A DNA stretch of 63,395 nucleotides, the filler included, from Reticulomyxa filosa (Eukaryota; Protista; Foraminifera), in the NCBI GenBank assembly GCA_000512085.1. It is 15 parts of 15 records of this genome, joined end to end, with 100 filler letters (N's around TTAATTAATTAA, not from the genome) between each part and the next. Parts side by side here need not be neighbours in the genome. Positions count along the whole stretch, not along the records: positions 48,811 to 52,285 come from ASPP01001275.1; positions 52,386 to 59,461 come from ASPP01006693.1; positions 59,562 to 61,142 come from ASPP01046976.1; positions 61,243 to 63,395 come from ASPP01012046.1; 11 more parts are not named here. One strand, written 5' to 3'. The translations under genes and the position numbers were made by a program. Below the pieces are notes generated by a model. It worked only from the letters and a program-made list of their open reading frames with translations, made no database searches and was not told where the DNA came from. Of the stretch, positions 51,578 through 63,395 are shown piece after piece (position 1 is the stretch's first letter; each line of letters begins with the position of its first letter).

Positions 51578-52285
51578 TTATACATCAAGTGCCGAGATAT
51601 GTTGTTGATCGGCTGCTTGTAATTCTAGATTGGTTTGTTTTTCATTACTATTGCTTTCTTCTCTTTCAGAAATGTTTACAGGAGTGACAATAGATAAAGG
51701 TGGTAACTCTGGTTTTACTACTTCTTTTTCTCTTTGTTTTGTAGGATCAAAATCTTCATCCAGATTTTTCTGAGTTTGGGTAATATTGGCATCAGTATAA
51801 GCATTTTCACTTATTACTGGATCTGCTACTTTATCATTAGTCTTTTCTTGTGCTTCTCCTTTATAAAGTAAATAATAAAAAAAAATAAATTACAAATTTA
51901 ATAATAAAAATAAAAATAAAATACCATCAGTAGTCATATCAGTACCAACAGGAACTAAATTCTTTGGAATAGTCATTTCAGCACTGACTTGAATATGTTT
52001 TTCAACATCTTTCTCCCCAGCAGAATCTGAATTAGGTGAAGTAGTAGTTCCAAATCGTGGTGTTGTTGTTGATTTTTTCTTATCATCAGGTACATCAATA
52101 ACATGTTGAGCATTTTTTTCACCACGTTTTTTATGACATATAATAAATATAAGTATTATGAGTAATAATAAAATTCCTCCAACTGCCCCTATTGCAATCC
52201 ATAAATACAAATTTTTTAAACCTTTTATAATATTAGAATTTTGGTTACTATTGTCGGAAGGTGCAGTGGTTGGAGATTGAGTTGG
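51578..52285 (-). CDS. C-terminal part of a single-pass membrane protein with PTxxP mucin-like stalk (5' truncated)
   Basis: PTQSPTTAPS, then TM LWIAIGAVGGILLLLIILIFIIC, then HKKR stop-transfer; intron about 51925-51861; last exon ends HISALDV*. Confidence 0.8.
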
Positions 52286-52499
52286 NNNNNNNNNNNNNNN
52301 NNNNNNNNNNNNNNNNNNNNNNNNNNNNNTTAATTAATTAANNNNNNNNNNNNNNNNNNNNNNNNNNNNNNNNNNNNNNNNNNNNAAAAACAAAAACAAA
52401 AACAAAAACAATAATAATAATAATATTTGTTATACGACAACACACAAATAGCAACAAAACAAACACTCGCCGATATTAGCACATACGCAAAGTACAAAT

Positions 52500-55400
52500 G
52501 AAAACGAACTGAAAAATGAAACGATCGAATATAAGAAAATGATGATACGAATTCGCAAAGAGCTGTCGTCAATGATTGAGCACTTAACTGAAATAAAATT
52601 ACGTCGATTGCAGAACGTGAAAGAATATTGGGACAAAAAAATCCACGAAGAAAACAAACTTGTCGAAGTCGAAAAAGAGTGCCATGAAACAGAAGAAGAG
52701 TTGGCCAAATGGAGACAGCAGCAGGTTATTCAGGAGGAAAAAGAGCGAAAGCTTGAGCGCAGACAATCTCTCGTTGACGATCGCGTCACTACGTCCATTG
52801 AACTTTTGACGGACGAGGAAGAAGATATCCAGCTGTTTATTCCATACGACCCGAAAGAGGATTTCACTATTATTAAAAGCAGATTTGTTGGTTAGGTTTT
52901 TGGACACAAAACTGTTAATTTTTTTTTTATTGATAAAAAATTTTTAATCAAGACTTTTCACATTTTTTTTTTTTCCAGCTTCCCAAGTGTTTCGCTTCCT
53001 TTGCAAAAATAAAATAAAATAAAACAGAGCCATTTTGTTTTGTTTTTTTTTCAAACTTGGAAAACAAAATTCCTCTTTTTGTGATGGAACTTGAATTGGG
53101 TTCAGATTTAAATCGTCTGTATTGGCTTGAAGACCAAATCGTTTGTCAACGGTTTGAATATTACGACAAAAGCATCAGCAGCACAATTCGAGATCGCGCT
53201 CAAACCATGGAAAAATTTGAACAACAAATGGCAGAAATGAACAACTTGTTTAGCAGTAAACAAGAAGACACCCTGGCCCTGATTCAACACAATCCATTTC
53301 CTCATTCTGACGCCGAAATTATTGAAGATGATGAAGCCGATAAATATCCCAACAACGATGACAGTCCGACAAAGCCAAACAAACATGCAAACCTGGACCA
53401 AGGAACGCAAGCGGCAGGAGTCGAAGTCGATAAAGAGAAAGACGATGAAGAAGAGCAAATCGTATTCGAAGACGAAACACTGTCCGATTCTCAAACGAAT
53501 ATCATCCACTCCAATGAAACTATCGAAACAAATGCTATCGCTCAAGTCCAGTCTCAAGATCATCCAATTCAATCACACAAAGTAGAACACGTCCAAGTAA
53601 AACCAGTTTGGCTTGTTTTCTTTGTTTGTTTGGAGTGAGGGATAGACGGAGACTACAACACAATCATTTATTGTTTCTCGTAACAATCCAATTCGCTGAC
53701 AAACAGACAAGCAAACGCATAAACAATGATCAAAACAAAATAGGCTGACGTGACAAATGGCGAGACGAGAGTGTCATTACACAAAAGCATGGTCAACGCT
53801 GCTGTGATTGACGAGTTGCGAGAAATTGAAGCCAAGCGACTCTCTATAAAGGCTTTGAACAACAATAACGAGGAAGTGGATGAAAGTGATGATAATAATG
53901 ACAATGACAATGACGATGGCAATGAGAATGACCATGATAATGCCAAAGAAAACAACAACGATGGCACGCACGACAAAAAAAGTGTGATCAACAATTCAAA
54001 TGGGAAAGACAACAGTCGGGGCAATAAAAAAGTAAATGAGCGAAGTGATTTCGACGAAGTCAGTCGACAAGGAATTATTGACGCGTATAAAGAGACGCGA
54101 CGATCCATCACTACAGCCGCGGTCATAGCGCAAAAAAACAAAAAAATTCGATTAAAAAAACCGAAGACTTGCAAGAAGATGGAGACGACGACGAAGAAAA
54201 CATCGTGTTCAAGTCACCAACTCCATCACCTTCCATGCCTGTAGGGCCTGGATTGCCACCTTTTGTGGAACCGGAAGATTCTCCAGAGTACTTAAGTTTG
54301 CTAGAGAAGGAGAAAAGGAGTGAAGGAGGAAAGAGGAGGGGATGAAAGGGTGAATAATGAACAAGAGGATATACACGTATCTCGTCGGCTATACGTATTT
54401 TTTTTTTTTTTTTTTGGATCGAAATTTGTTTGTTTGATTCAATTTGAATTGCATCAGGACCCAATAATCAAGCATTGAATACACCACGTTCGCCTTCGTC
54501 AAAATCAGATATTGGAGGAAGCATAAACGGAAAACTGTCGCCACGTAGAATTATCAGCTTTCGTCCGCGAAGGAGTCTGATAAATGTGAACAACTCGTCC
54601 AATCCTTCTTTGAAAAGCGTTGGGAGTTTGCCGATGGATATATCGCGTAGTCGATCATTTGATATAACTCCGGCCTTTGGAAACGAGCCGGTTGCAACGC
54701 CGAATCACACTCAAAAAAAGAAATCATTTGGACACGGAAGCCTACGGACGTCACAGTCTTTATCCTCGCTACCGTTTCCAACCACAAATTTGGATGTCCT
54801 GCTTGCAGAGGAATACATCGAAACGCCCAAGAGTAACCGTGAGATTCACATAATTCAAGATAATGGCTATGCAACTACAGACACAAATACAAATGAAAAT
54901 ATCAATACCAATGCCAATACTAATATCAATGCCAATACTAATATCAATGCCAATATTAATATCAATGGGACGGAGGACAGAGATGAAAACGCTCGTAACA
55001 TGGTGTACATGGACGAATTGGATGACGAACATCAAGACAATCGTGATCCACTCGCTTCGACAGACTTCAAACAAGGCCATCCTGACGAAAGCACTCCGGT
55101 TCTGGACAGTATCAGTGATAACGGCGTGTCGGAGAGCTTACCAATTGCATCGGTGGAAGAGTCATATCAACAAGTCGTGAAAGAGTCGATCCTACGAGAT
55201 CCTAATAACGACTTTGACAACGACATCCAAGATCTTGACATGTATGCCAACAGCCATCTCAATGGCATAAATGGTGTTGAGTCATTGGAGAATATTGTTT
55301 CGGTTGTCACTTCTGGAAAACATGATAAGATAACCAACGAAGTGGCAACTGCGATCGATCAAAGATTCGAAGCATATCCATCTGGAGATCGCCTGCCTCG

Positions 55401-56230
55401 AAGACCCTCACGCACCTTAATTTTGGATGAAATTGCCGACACTACCACCGACGATCATCACAACGAAATACCCGCGTTAATCGACCAGGCCTCCGAAAAC
55501 GTTCCTCGATGGCTGTTAGAACACAGAAGGGCCTCGGAACCCGTCGCACCCGACGAAGAAGAGTTGACCAATGAAGAAGAGACGATGGACGAGAAAATAC
55601 CGACGGCAGACACCACTGTCCCTGTCAGAGTTGGAGGGGATGCCTCACGCAAAAGTACGACTATTCCTGAGGCGCAAGACATTGCCCACTTTTCACTTGA
55701 AAAATTGCGACACGTCGTGCAAGAACAAAATCAAAAAATTCAACAACTGACATCTTCAAAACTAGATCTGATTAATAATACTTGCTCACAGATCGAAGTT
55801 TTACGAGATCAAATTTCTGCCCTTAGTAGATATGTATTGCATTTGGAAACGAAAACTGAAGTTCAAGACAATTATCACATCAACGAAGAGAGGAGAGAGG
55901 AAAGGGATTTCTTTTCTTTTTTTTTTTCATATTATTGTTATACATGTATATTTATATGTATGTATATGCTTTTTTACTGTGATAAATGATAAATAGTCAA
56001 TAAAAGCAAGACAAGAAACTCATTCTACTCCATCAATTTCGATATCTTGGCTGTTTGGTCAATCCAAAGCCACAACCCCTAATTCAAGGCAGGATACACC
56101 AGAAACATCAAAGTCCAAAATAACATTAGTGAACCAAACTTGTGAAGAAATGAATCGATTACGTGATATCATCAAAGACCTAGGCAAAGAATTGGCGCAT
56201 AAACAAACACAATTACAGTCTTACCGGTAA
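52500..56230 (+). CDS. Large acidic/low-complexity coiled-coil protein (5' truncated, multi-exon)
   Basis: Consecutive exon-like ORFs at 52539, 53057, 53750 and 54475 plus a last exon ending TAA 56230; frame break at an A7 run near 54132-54160. Confidence 0.7.
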
Positions 56231-59200
56231 TCCTTGCCTTTCACGTTCGTTATAACATTGGGAGATCTCAATAAAATAAAGTAAAATAAATAAAACACAA
56301 ATATAAAATGGAAAACGTTTTTTTAGAAAAAGAATTGTGACAAACAAAAAAGTAATAATTTTAGATACAAAAAAATATGTCTGGATTCATCCATGGCAAG
56401 GGGGAAAAATCACCCATTTCTATTTGAATTAGTTTGATCATTCGTTTTTCATTACTGTCACGTTATATTTTTTTTGTTTTGTTTTTATTTTTGGTTTGTC
56501 GTTTTTTGGTTTGTTTGAACAGTGACATTGGTTTTTAAAAATAGTTTGTGTCTTGTTACATTTCTTTATTTTCTCGTTGTTTTGTTGTTCGATTTTTCAT
56601 GATTGTTATGTTTATTAAATGTATTGTTTTCAGAAGAGATGTTGTCTTTGGTGTGAATTTTTGAACAACCGCTGAATTGTTTGTTTTAATTTTTGTGGAT
56701 ATGTAAAGTAGCAACTTCTCCAAAAACTTTTTTTGCATTGAAAAAAAAAGTTGCTATTGTGTGATATCGATGATTTTTTCACAAACTTTTAATTCTATCT
56801 ATTTTTTTCTAAGTATACAATAATACTGACAAACCATTTATAAAAAAGTTGATGATGGTTGATAAACATTTAGTCATTTTTTAAATACGTAATCTTATTG
56901 CACGCTAAAAGAATAACAACAGAAAGCAATAAAAGTATTCCATTACATCCTTGCCTTAAAAGTGCTATAAGAAAATACTTTGCAAAAGTAGCAATTTTAA
57001 ATGAAAAACATATGAATTATTTTTTTAGCCATCCTTTTTGAAAAAAGTGACAAGATCGAGAGTGACACAATTGGATAACAGCGATCTATCGTCACTTTTG
57101 GGTATCGTGTATTTTGTTGAGAAAAAATATAAAAAGTAATTTTTTTTACTTTCTCTCCAAAAAGGGTCCAGTACATTTTTTGTCTTCATATTTATCGCTT
57201 GGCATTAATTTAATAATAACAAGAAGTTGTGCAGAATTTGAAAGAGAATTCAAAACGACTAAGTTCATTGCTTGTACTAAATGATGCTAATAACTTTTTA
57301 CAAACTTTCAAACACTTCGCTTTAGCACATTTAAACTTTATTCTGTGATTATCAAAAACTTTTCGAAACAAGAAAGTGAGATATTTGTTGCACGCTAAAA
57401 ACAGAAAAAGTGGTACTAAAGTGCGTGTAACTCAACACTATCAAAAATAAGTATATTGAGGATTGGTTGTGTAGTCCTTCAACGCAATACCAAAAAGTTC
57501 AAAAATTCAAATCTCCTTACTTAACTGCGAGGCCTTTTTTCTCGAACAAAAAAGGAGGAAAAGGAAGGATGTATGTGTGTTGGGTAATCTACATAGATAA
57601 ATGCACTCTGCCAATGCGTCATTCTTCAGACAATCGTTTTGATTGGCCTGACTCGATAATATTTTACTCAAGCTGCGCTTTGTCGCAGCTTCCCAAGGTT
57701 TCTTATGTATCAATATTTCAAAGACAATATTCCAATTCATTGACACAATATCATTTGAACCAAAAAATGAACTTAAACTGTGAAAGTTCATCTTACTTTG
57801 CGAAATGACGGCATCCAAAGTATGGAAGGAAAGTATGTGGTTTGATATCGCACATTCATACTTGCGACTCACGTACTCGAAAAATGAATTCAATCTTTAA
57901 CTTTTAGTTATCTTTTTTTTACAAATCTGTTAAAAAGATACTATGAACCACTTAATACTCGTCAACATGAATAATAGAAATACATCATTAGTTGTACATT
58001 AAATTATGATTCTTATGCAAAAACAATGTGTATGATGTTCTGTCAAAAAAGATGTTCTAAAATAAATTTCATATTTTAAAAAAAATTAGATTAAATGTTT
58101 GTTTTTCATTGAGAACATTGATCATCTTATAATGTTGTAAGATGTGCTGACTGTTGTTTGGTTGTCGCAAAGTGTAATACGAAAGTACTAATTTTCACAA
58201 ATGCTTATTAAACAATATGTAACATAAATATTGTAAGTTTCTAAGTTATACTTGTTGAGAACTGCGTTTACGACATAAACTATTTATCATTGTTTTGGTA
58301 ATGTCTGAGGACATATTCTATCGCTTGTCAGATTGGCGACTTGTTACATAATGTACGTTTATCAGATTTTATGATGCATTACAATTCCATATTTAGTAAG
58401 TGTAGTAATAAATATTATTAAAAATCTAAATGAACATCAGAACTCCATTTATTCTAGTTCACACTAACTTCAATACTAAGCCTTTCGTTTTCGTCTTAGT
58501 TTTGCTTGTTTATTTTTGATCATTATTTTCTAGTTATTTAACAAATTTCGTTTTATTGAAAGTTTTCTCAGTAGAGCTAATCAACATTCGTATTACACTT
58601 TGTGCAGTTCTTTTCAGTATGCGTTTGTAGGAAACTATATATACATTACAAAATGCATACGCATAATCCAATGTTGGATTGATAATCGACATAGTGTTAT
58701 ATGTTGATAAACTGTATCTAATGCATTTGTAAGAACACAGCAATGTACGTTATAATAATTTTATTGTAGCTTTGCAATATATACAATTAATGTCTGCTTG
58801 TAGCTTAGTTTGTGTCTATGATAGTAATAAATACTTGATTTGATGCAATTATTGTCCTTTTGATTGTCGAATAGAAAGTTTTGAGTTATGTGCATTTACT
58901 GCATGATCAGTCTTTTTTGATTCTTCAATTTGCTTATTTACTTTTTGTTCTGTTTTCAATATCACTACATTCTATAGTCTTGAAAAATTGATTCTTATAT
59001 TTAATTGACTGAATTCAATTTAAATATTTTCTTTTTAAGTTCTTAGTAATACTGTCACATTATATTGTTGATTTTTGTCATTAAATTGTGCCAGCAATTG
59101 ACTCGAAATATTATCGGAATGAGTCAAATTGAAACTAATATATTGAAGTAAATAGTCTGAGTTATTCATTTTGAATTTTTTATAAGCATAATAATGAAAT

Positions 59201-59561
59201 AATTGTACCATTTGAAAAAATTGAATTGCACAATTGATAATTGATCTTGATAAATGTATCTGTATATTTCATTAACTGATACACAATTTGATAATTTAGA
59301 TCTCTAATTTACGTCAATTGTGCGGAAGTGCCAAGTATGATCGAGAATGAGACAAGCCCGTTTAGTATGTGTGTCGTTGACATCAAAATCGTTATACAGT
59401 AAATTGCAAAAAAAACTGCAATACTTAAATGGCACTATATGAAGAGAATCGATTTTCTCAANNNNNNNNNNNNNNNNNNNNNNNNNNNNNNNNNNNNNNN
59501 NNNNNTTAATTAATTAANNNNNNNNNNNNNNNNNNNNNNNNNNNNNNNNNNNNNNNNNNNN

Positions 59562-59588
<27 letters not shown>

Positions 59589-59592
<4 letters not shown>

Positions 59593-61142
59593 GTGATGGA
59601 AACCAATGGAATACAGGGACCTATATCTATGAATATGCGGCATCATCGAGCACAACGTATTATATGTACGAGATATATGCTAGTCAGCAATATTTCGTGA
59701 CAATAGGGAATGCTCCCTGCAGTTCCACGTATATAATACAAAGCAAAAGTAGCAGTAGTATGTCAGTGAAACAAGACTTTACCAACGCAGTAAATGTTAA
59801 TTGGAGACTGTACACTGATCCTCCAGCCGCTTATAATATCAAGAACAATCCCACTACTACTAGTATCACCATGTGTCATCCTGATTCGACCTCCCCGACC
59901 ACTTGCACGAGTCCCACCCCAACTCGTTACCCAACCAAACAGCCTACCGCACAACCCACAAAACGCCCTACCACACCATCCACCGCTTCGCCTTCCAAAG
60001 CGCCGACCACTGCACGACCAACTTCGTTGCCAACCGAGACCACTGTTATCTATTCGTCCACCCGTTTAGTCTTTAACAAATGATTCTTCAAAAAAAAAAA
60101 AAAAACGTATAAAAAAAAAAAATTGTTTGATAAGTATACGTTGTTGGAATTGTGTTGTTGCTGTTGTGTATATGTGCGGATATCATCAAGCCTGCACAGC
60201 GTTAAGGGTAAGCGGACTGAGTTCAGTGTTTTATGGCAAGCAAACGGATTATCGCTTCAACCAGTTGTCGACCTCCTCGTATGTGTCGGACAGCAGAAGG
60301 ATGTGGTCAAACGGACGTGGCGTGAAGGTATACTTTAGCAAGCGATGGTATCCACAAGTCGGGGTTTGGGTGATATCCAATGGCACATATTCGCTGGTTC
60401 AAAACCGTACGCAGACTACCAATGATGCGCCGGGCTCCGTCAGTGGCATTTATGGTCTGTGGGACCATTTCATCAACAACAATGTATACGAACCCATCCA
60501 ATCGCGAGTCACGTTACGAATGATCTGTTATTCCATTACCACCGCGTGGCCCACGCCTTCGCCGACCAAAGTGCCCACGCAGATCACCAGCACCACCACT
60601 CATATGCCGACCATCGCACCAACTCAAGGTATGAATATTGACGGACGAAGGGGGAGGGGGGAGGGGAAAAAAACAACAACAACAACACGTATACACTTTT
60701 GTTGTTGTCCGTTATGCTTACATTTATTTTCAAAATATGTATTACCTCATTGCAAAAAAGGAGGACTTTTTTAAACTTTTTTTTTTTTTTGTACCTTCTT
60801 TTGTGTCATGAAAAGAAGACGTTTTTGCAAACATTTACAACTTTCGTTTTGTGTTTTTGTGATCATAACGACCCTCCCCCCCCACTATGGGTGAATGGGG
60901 ACGGGGAATCGGAATTGACGGTTTTAAGTTTGCACCACACTTGAGTTGGTACGTGGACAATCGACCTGCCCAGGAGAAATTGCTGGATATTTTGCTGGTC
61001 TATATTCCAAACAAAACAAGACGGTGAATAGTAGACCCTTCTACCGTGGCGTGGACACGACCAAGGGAGTAAACGTCTTTTGGAGCAATTACTTTGAAAC
61101 ATGGGTCCTCGATGGACCGTCTTCGCTGGGATATAGTGTCTT
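59589..61142 (+). CDS. Extracellular modular protein: aromatic beta-rich domains separated by PTxxPT linkers (both ends truncated)
   Basis: PTPTRYPTKQPTAQPTKRPT and PTPSPTKVPT linkers; repeated Cys-flanked modules such as GLYSKQNKTVNSRPFY..VFWSNYFETWVL. Confidence 0.7.
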
Positions 61143-61310
61143 NNNNNNNNNNNNNNNNNNNNNNNNNNNNNNNNNNNNNNNNNNNNTTAATTAATTAANN
61201 NNNNNNNNNNNNNNNNNNNNNNNNNNNNNNNNNNNNNNNNNNACATATACATATATGTATATATATATATATATATATGTATATATTATATATGAAATAG
61301 CGATAAACAT

Positions 61311-61901
61311 TCAAAAATGCACCAATGAATCAAACTCCAAACTCTTATTCGAATGGTCATGCCCTTTCATCTTTTGAAACCATTCCTTCACTTCGTTTGG
61401 ACAATCTCCCGGTTTCAACTCTTTGCCTATCTCTTTGTCCAGCGAAATCCATTTGTGTTCTTCAATCTCTTTTTTCGGGTTTCGTTCTTCCCATCGATGG
61501 TGATACATCCAACAATAGATCCCCTTTTCACACTCTTTCATATTTTTGTGATCACATTGCTTTGTTTTGTATCTCAACGGGTGATAGTTTTTTTCTATCT
61601 CGTTGTGCCACTTTTTACATTCTTTGTTGGTGCAATCGCAGCTCTTCTTCACATCGTAATTCCATTCTTTTTTAAATAATGGCTGACGTCGGCGACCTTC
61701 TTTTTCGTTCGGATGACAATTGAAACAATTCTCTTTCATTAGACAATTGTCCCCATTTTTGCATTGATTAACTTTATACACCCATTTGATGTACGAAAAT
61801 ATTTTTTTCAAGTTTTTTTCGGAGCCATCAGAACTGCTGGCTGACCTCGATCTTGATCTCGATCCTCTTGATCTATTCGAGACACTATTTTCTTCCGGCA
61901 T
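61311..61901 (-). CDS. Unkempt-like tandem CCCH zinc-finger RNA-binding protein (3' truncated)
   Basis: YKVNQC..C..CFNCH..RRRQP...C..WHNEIEKNYHPLRYKTKQC...CEKGIYCWMYH; RS-rich N-terminus. Confidence 0.8.
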   Translation of the reverse strand: MPEENSVSNRSRGSRSRSRSASSSDGSEKNLKKIFSYIKWVYKVNQCKNGDNCLMKENCFNCHPNEKEGRRRQPLFKKEWNYDVKKSCDCTNKECKKWHNEIEKNYHPLRYKTKQCDHKNMKECEKGIYCWMYHHRWEERNPKKEIEEHKWISLDKEIGKELKPGDCPNEVKEWFQKMKGHDHSNKSLEFDSLVHF

Positions 61902-62409
61902 TGTTGTATCTTTTGTTCTTCCCTTCAATTTTTATCTACTTATCCGAAAGACTTTGTATGATTGATCTTTTTTGCCAACAAAAAAGACGTGAAATGTTCT
62001 GCTTGTGAAAACTCCTTTGAAGACTGAATTTGTTAACTCAATTACTTCCACTGCTACGCAAAATCTTTACTCTATTATTCTATTTCTCTGTTTGCTACTT
62101 ACTTCTGGAAAATTTGTTATTTGTGGTAGCAGATGAACGATAATCCAAAGCCTTATTTTTATTAGTTTTCAAGAAGTTATTTTTTTAAAGGTATAAATGC
62201 CACCTAAATTACTGTTGTATTGATCTTATGGTCGATCAAATGCAACACTATACTGCCCAAAAGTAACGTCGCTCAACGCTTTACGGTTTTACTTGAAACC
62301 AAACTACCCCACGAACGAGAAAAGAACCTCTTTTTTTGAAATTACTGGTTCAGTTTTGTTCAATTATTTAGGTGATTGTTTTTGAGCTTTTTTCAAGATC
62401 ATTGCTGAA

Positions 62410-63395
62410 ATGGAAGAGGAGTTCCGTTGCCGTGCTATTAACGACTACTACGCTTCAGTCGCAGATGAGTTGGACTTGCGCGAAGGATGCGAGTACGTCA
62501 TTATGCAGGTATGAACCTGTTTATTTGTTTCTGTGTTTCGTTCTTCAAACAACTGTGGGCAATGTTTTGAATAAATGGGATATCTTGTTTGTTTTTGTTA
62601 AATTTTTTTCACAATGTACAGGTAAGCCCAAGTGGCTGGTGGTATGCTGTGGATGAAAATGGTGAGGATGGATGGGTGCCGTCCAACTACTTGGTGAGAA
62701 TCGATGACAACGGTAAGGAAATTAACGAAGAAGACTATGACCATCAGGGGGACGATGGTAAGAGCGCAGAGCCTGCGAATGTAACGGATGACTCCCAAGC
62801 AGTGGAACAACCGTTACCGGAAGAGCCCGAAGTGGAAGAGGAGACGTACGTTCAAAAAAAGTCTGTGGCTTCACAGCCCTCAGCACCACAAGTTCAAACC
62901 CAAATCCCACCCCCACAAGTTCAAACCCAAATCCCACCCCCGCCCCAAACGCAATCCCAATCTCGCCAAGGATCCGTGTCGACGGTAAAAACGCAAGAAC
63001 CCAAGAAAACCACCACGCAAGAACCCAAGAAAACCACCACGCAAGAACAAAAGAAGACCCAAGAACCTGCTAAAACAGCTTCAACTTCCTCGACAGCAGC
63101 CACAAAGGCGACGACTAATCCTTCTGCAAACAAGACCACAACCCAAAACACGGCAAAAAAATCTACTGCAATTCAACCTTTGAACTTAAATGTGGATGAT
63201 GGTGCCCCTGGTGTGTGCCTTTTTAAAAAATACAATTTTTGTATACGTTTTCCTTTTTTTCCCCCTCTTTTTTTTTGACAGATCCCCTTTTTATTCTTTT
63301 TTTTTTTCTATCACATAATGAGAAACATCAATTGATTGTTTATTTTTTTCTTTTCTTGATTGTCACGTGTTGAAATTATACGTTTAAAAAAAAAA
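62410..63395 (+). CDS. SH3-domain protein with P/Q/T/K-rich linker (3' truncated)
   Basis: The ATG 62410 exon RAINDYYASVADELDLREGCEYVIMQ splices to VSPSGWWYAVDENGEDGWVPSNYL (SH3 consensus). Confidence 0.92.
62886..63070 (+). repeat. Coding tandem repeats: PQVQTQIPP x2 and (TT)TQEPKK x3-4
   Basis: 27-bp and 24-bp near-perfect units visible in the sequence. Confidence 0.85.

Noticed and set aside
56300-59461. About 3 kb AT-rich region with short ORFs
   Set aside because: No recognisable motif, repeat structure or consistent coding frame; treated as intergenic or heavily decayed sequence.
5779-61242. Recurrent TTAATTAATTAA motif flanked by Ns, as a regularly interspaced repeat or CRISPR-like array
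   Set aside because: It is an artificial six-frame-stop scaffolding linker. It also means cross-contig neighbours (for example G-gamma and the 7TM gene) are not evidence of a gene cluster.

Overview
AT-rich, intron-rich eukaryotic nuclear DNA. It is 15 separate contigs joined by 14 artificial 100-nt linkers (N44-TTAATTAATTAA-N44), so adjacency across a linker carries no biological meaning. The WD40 and Kelch-like family members, the many pseudogenes and the homopolymer-rich introns resemble a foraminiferan (Rhizaria) such as Reticulomyxa filosa; this is my inference, not a database result. Recognisable genes: an MLLE/PABC-domain protein, a UBR1-type N-recognin E3 ligase, a degenerate eIF4A-like DEAD-box protein, a class-3 lipase, a cytidine deaminase-like protein, a SAM protein, a G-protein gamma subunit, an FMO, a 7TM receptor-like protein, RBX1, a GT23/FUT8-like fucosyltransferase, SDHB, MSH4, USP39/Sad1, a TMEM70/223-like fusion protein, a WD40 protein, an Unkempt-like CCCH protein and an SH3 protein, plus several pseudogenes. 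The most notable observations are: (1) eight frame breaks in six otherwise intact genes, each repaired by adding one base to a homopolymer, which is either a sequencing artefact or slippage/recoding; (2) an eIF4A-like pseudo-helicase; (3) a GC-rich, GAAA-hairpin structured island inside a repeat-bounded AT-rich element; (4) very degenerate splice signals; (5) a SAP-like insertion in USP39; (6) a TMEM70/223-like protein with a long basic tail. All exon models and domain calls were made by eye.
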